Source of the DNA: an uncultured Acidobacteriota bacterium
GTDB lineage: Bacteria; Acidobacteriota; Vicinamibacteria; Fen-336
Assembly (NCBI GenBank): GCA_963720545.1
Contig: OY970399.1
Coordinates: 928,001-992,000, forward strand
Direction of reading: 5' to 3'
Length of the DNA stretch: 64,000 nucleotides
Position 1 is the first letter of the stretch. Each line of letters begins with the position of its first letter. Below the pieces are notes generated by a model. That model was not told where the DNA came from and did not search any database. It saw only the letters and a program-made list of their open reading frames with translations. The translations under genes and the position numbers were made by a program. Shown here piece by piece: positions 63,795 to 64,000 of the stretch.

Positions 63795-64000
63795 TCAGTA
63801 TGACAGTTCTCGGAGCCTGACCTCGAGCAGGTACTCGAGGGCGTCCAGGTGGCGAGCCGCCTCGGGCACGTCCTTGCCGAAGCCATAGAGGCCATGGCGC
63901 CGGATGAGGAAGCCGGGTGCGCCCGCCGCGCGCACCCGCGCCACGGCCGCGGCGGCGTCGCCCGGCCAGTCCTGCGAGTTCGCGACGATCGGCACGCTCA
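63795..64000 (-). CDS. mtnB: Methylthioribulose-1-phosphate dehydratase, C-terminal fragment; 5' end outside window
   Basis: PIVANSQD...GFLIRRHGLY.FG....EA.RHL.ALEYL class II aldolase-fold C-terminus, directly upstream of mtnD and mtnC. Confidence 0.8.
   Translation of the reverse strand, partial: SVPIVANSQDWPGDAAAAVARVRAAGAPGFLIRRHGLYGFGKDVPEAARHLDALEYLLEVRLRELSY

Overview
GC-rich bacterial chromosomal segment, most likely Acidobacteriota (possibly Vicinamibacteria). This is inferred from two Oar-type TonB-dependent receptors, an orphan TolC, a WD40/PD40-Omp85 protein and the general gene content. About 52 genes are densely packed; I see no rRNA, tRNA, CRISPR array, integrase or transposase. 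Main blocks: (1) 3.4-23.2 kb, an amide/peptide-hydrolase-rich cluster: penicillin-acylase-family enzyme, class A-like serine hydrolase, a 1397-aa secreted triple fusion (beta-lactamase-like hydrolase + VanX-type D-Ala-D-Ala dipeptidase + CocE/NonD hydrolase), APC permease, frameshifted OSBS/N-acylamino-acid racemase, M20 peptidase, TonB receptor, lysA and an alanine symporter. It reads as a candidate D-amino-acid/peptidoglycan-peptide scavenging system. (2) rpiB-deoC-NCS1 permease, with microcompartment-type N-terminal extensions but no shell genes in the window. (3) A signalling block (J-like/HTH protein, 4-GAF hybrid kinase, cysteine dioxygenase, FHA-GGDEF). (4) A barnase-type RNase fused to five TM helices, followed by barstar. 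(5) xylFGH, a maltodextrin operon with queC, and housekeeping genes (xth, ygfZ, speA, thiI, fbaB, mtnBDC). Non-coding signals: a REP/BIME-like repeat cluster read through by an oxidoreductase ORF, a sigma-54 promoter, a perfect CRP-type box, and many -10 hexamers 6-8 nt before start codons, suggesting widespread leaderless mRNAs. All functional calls come from motif recognition by eye, without database searches.
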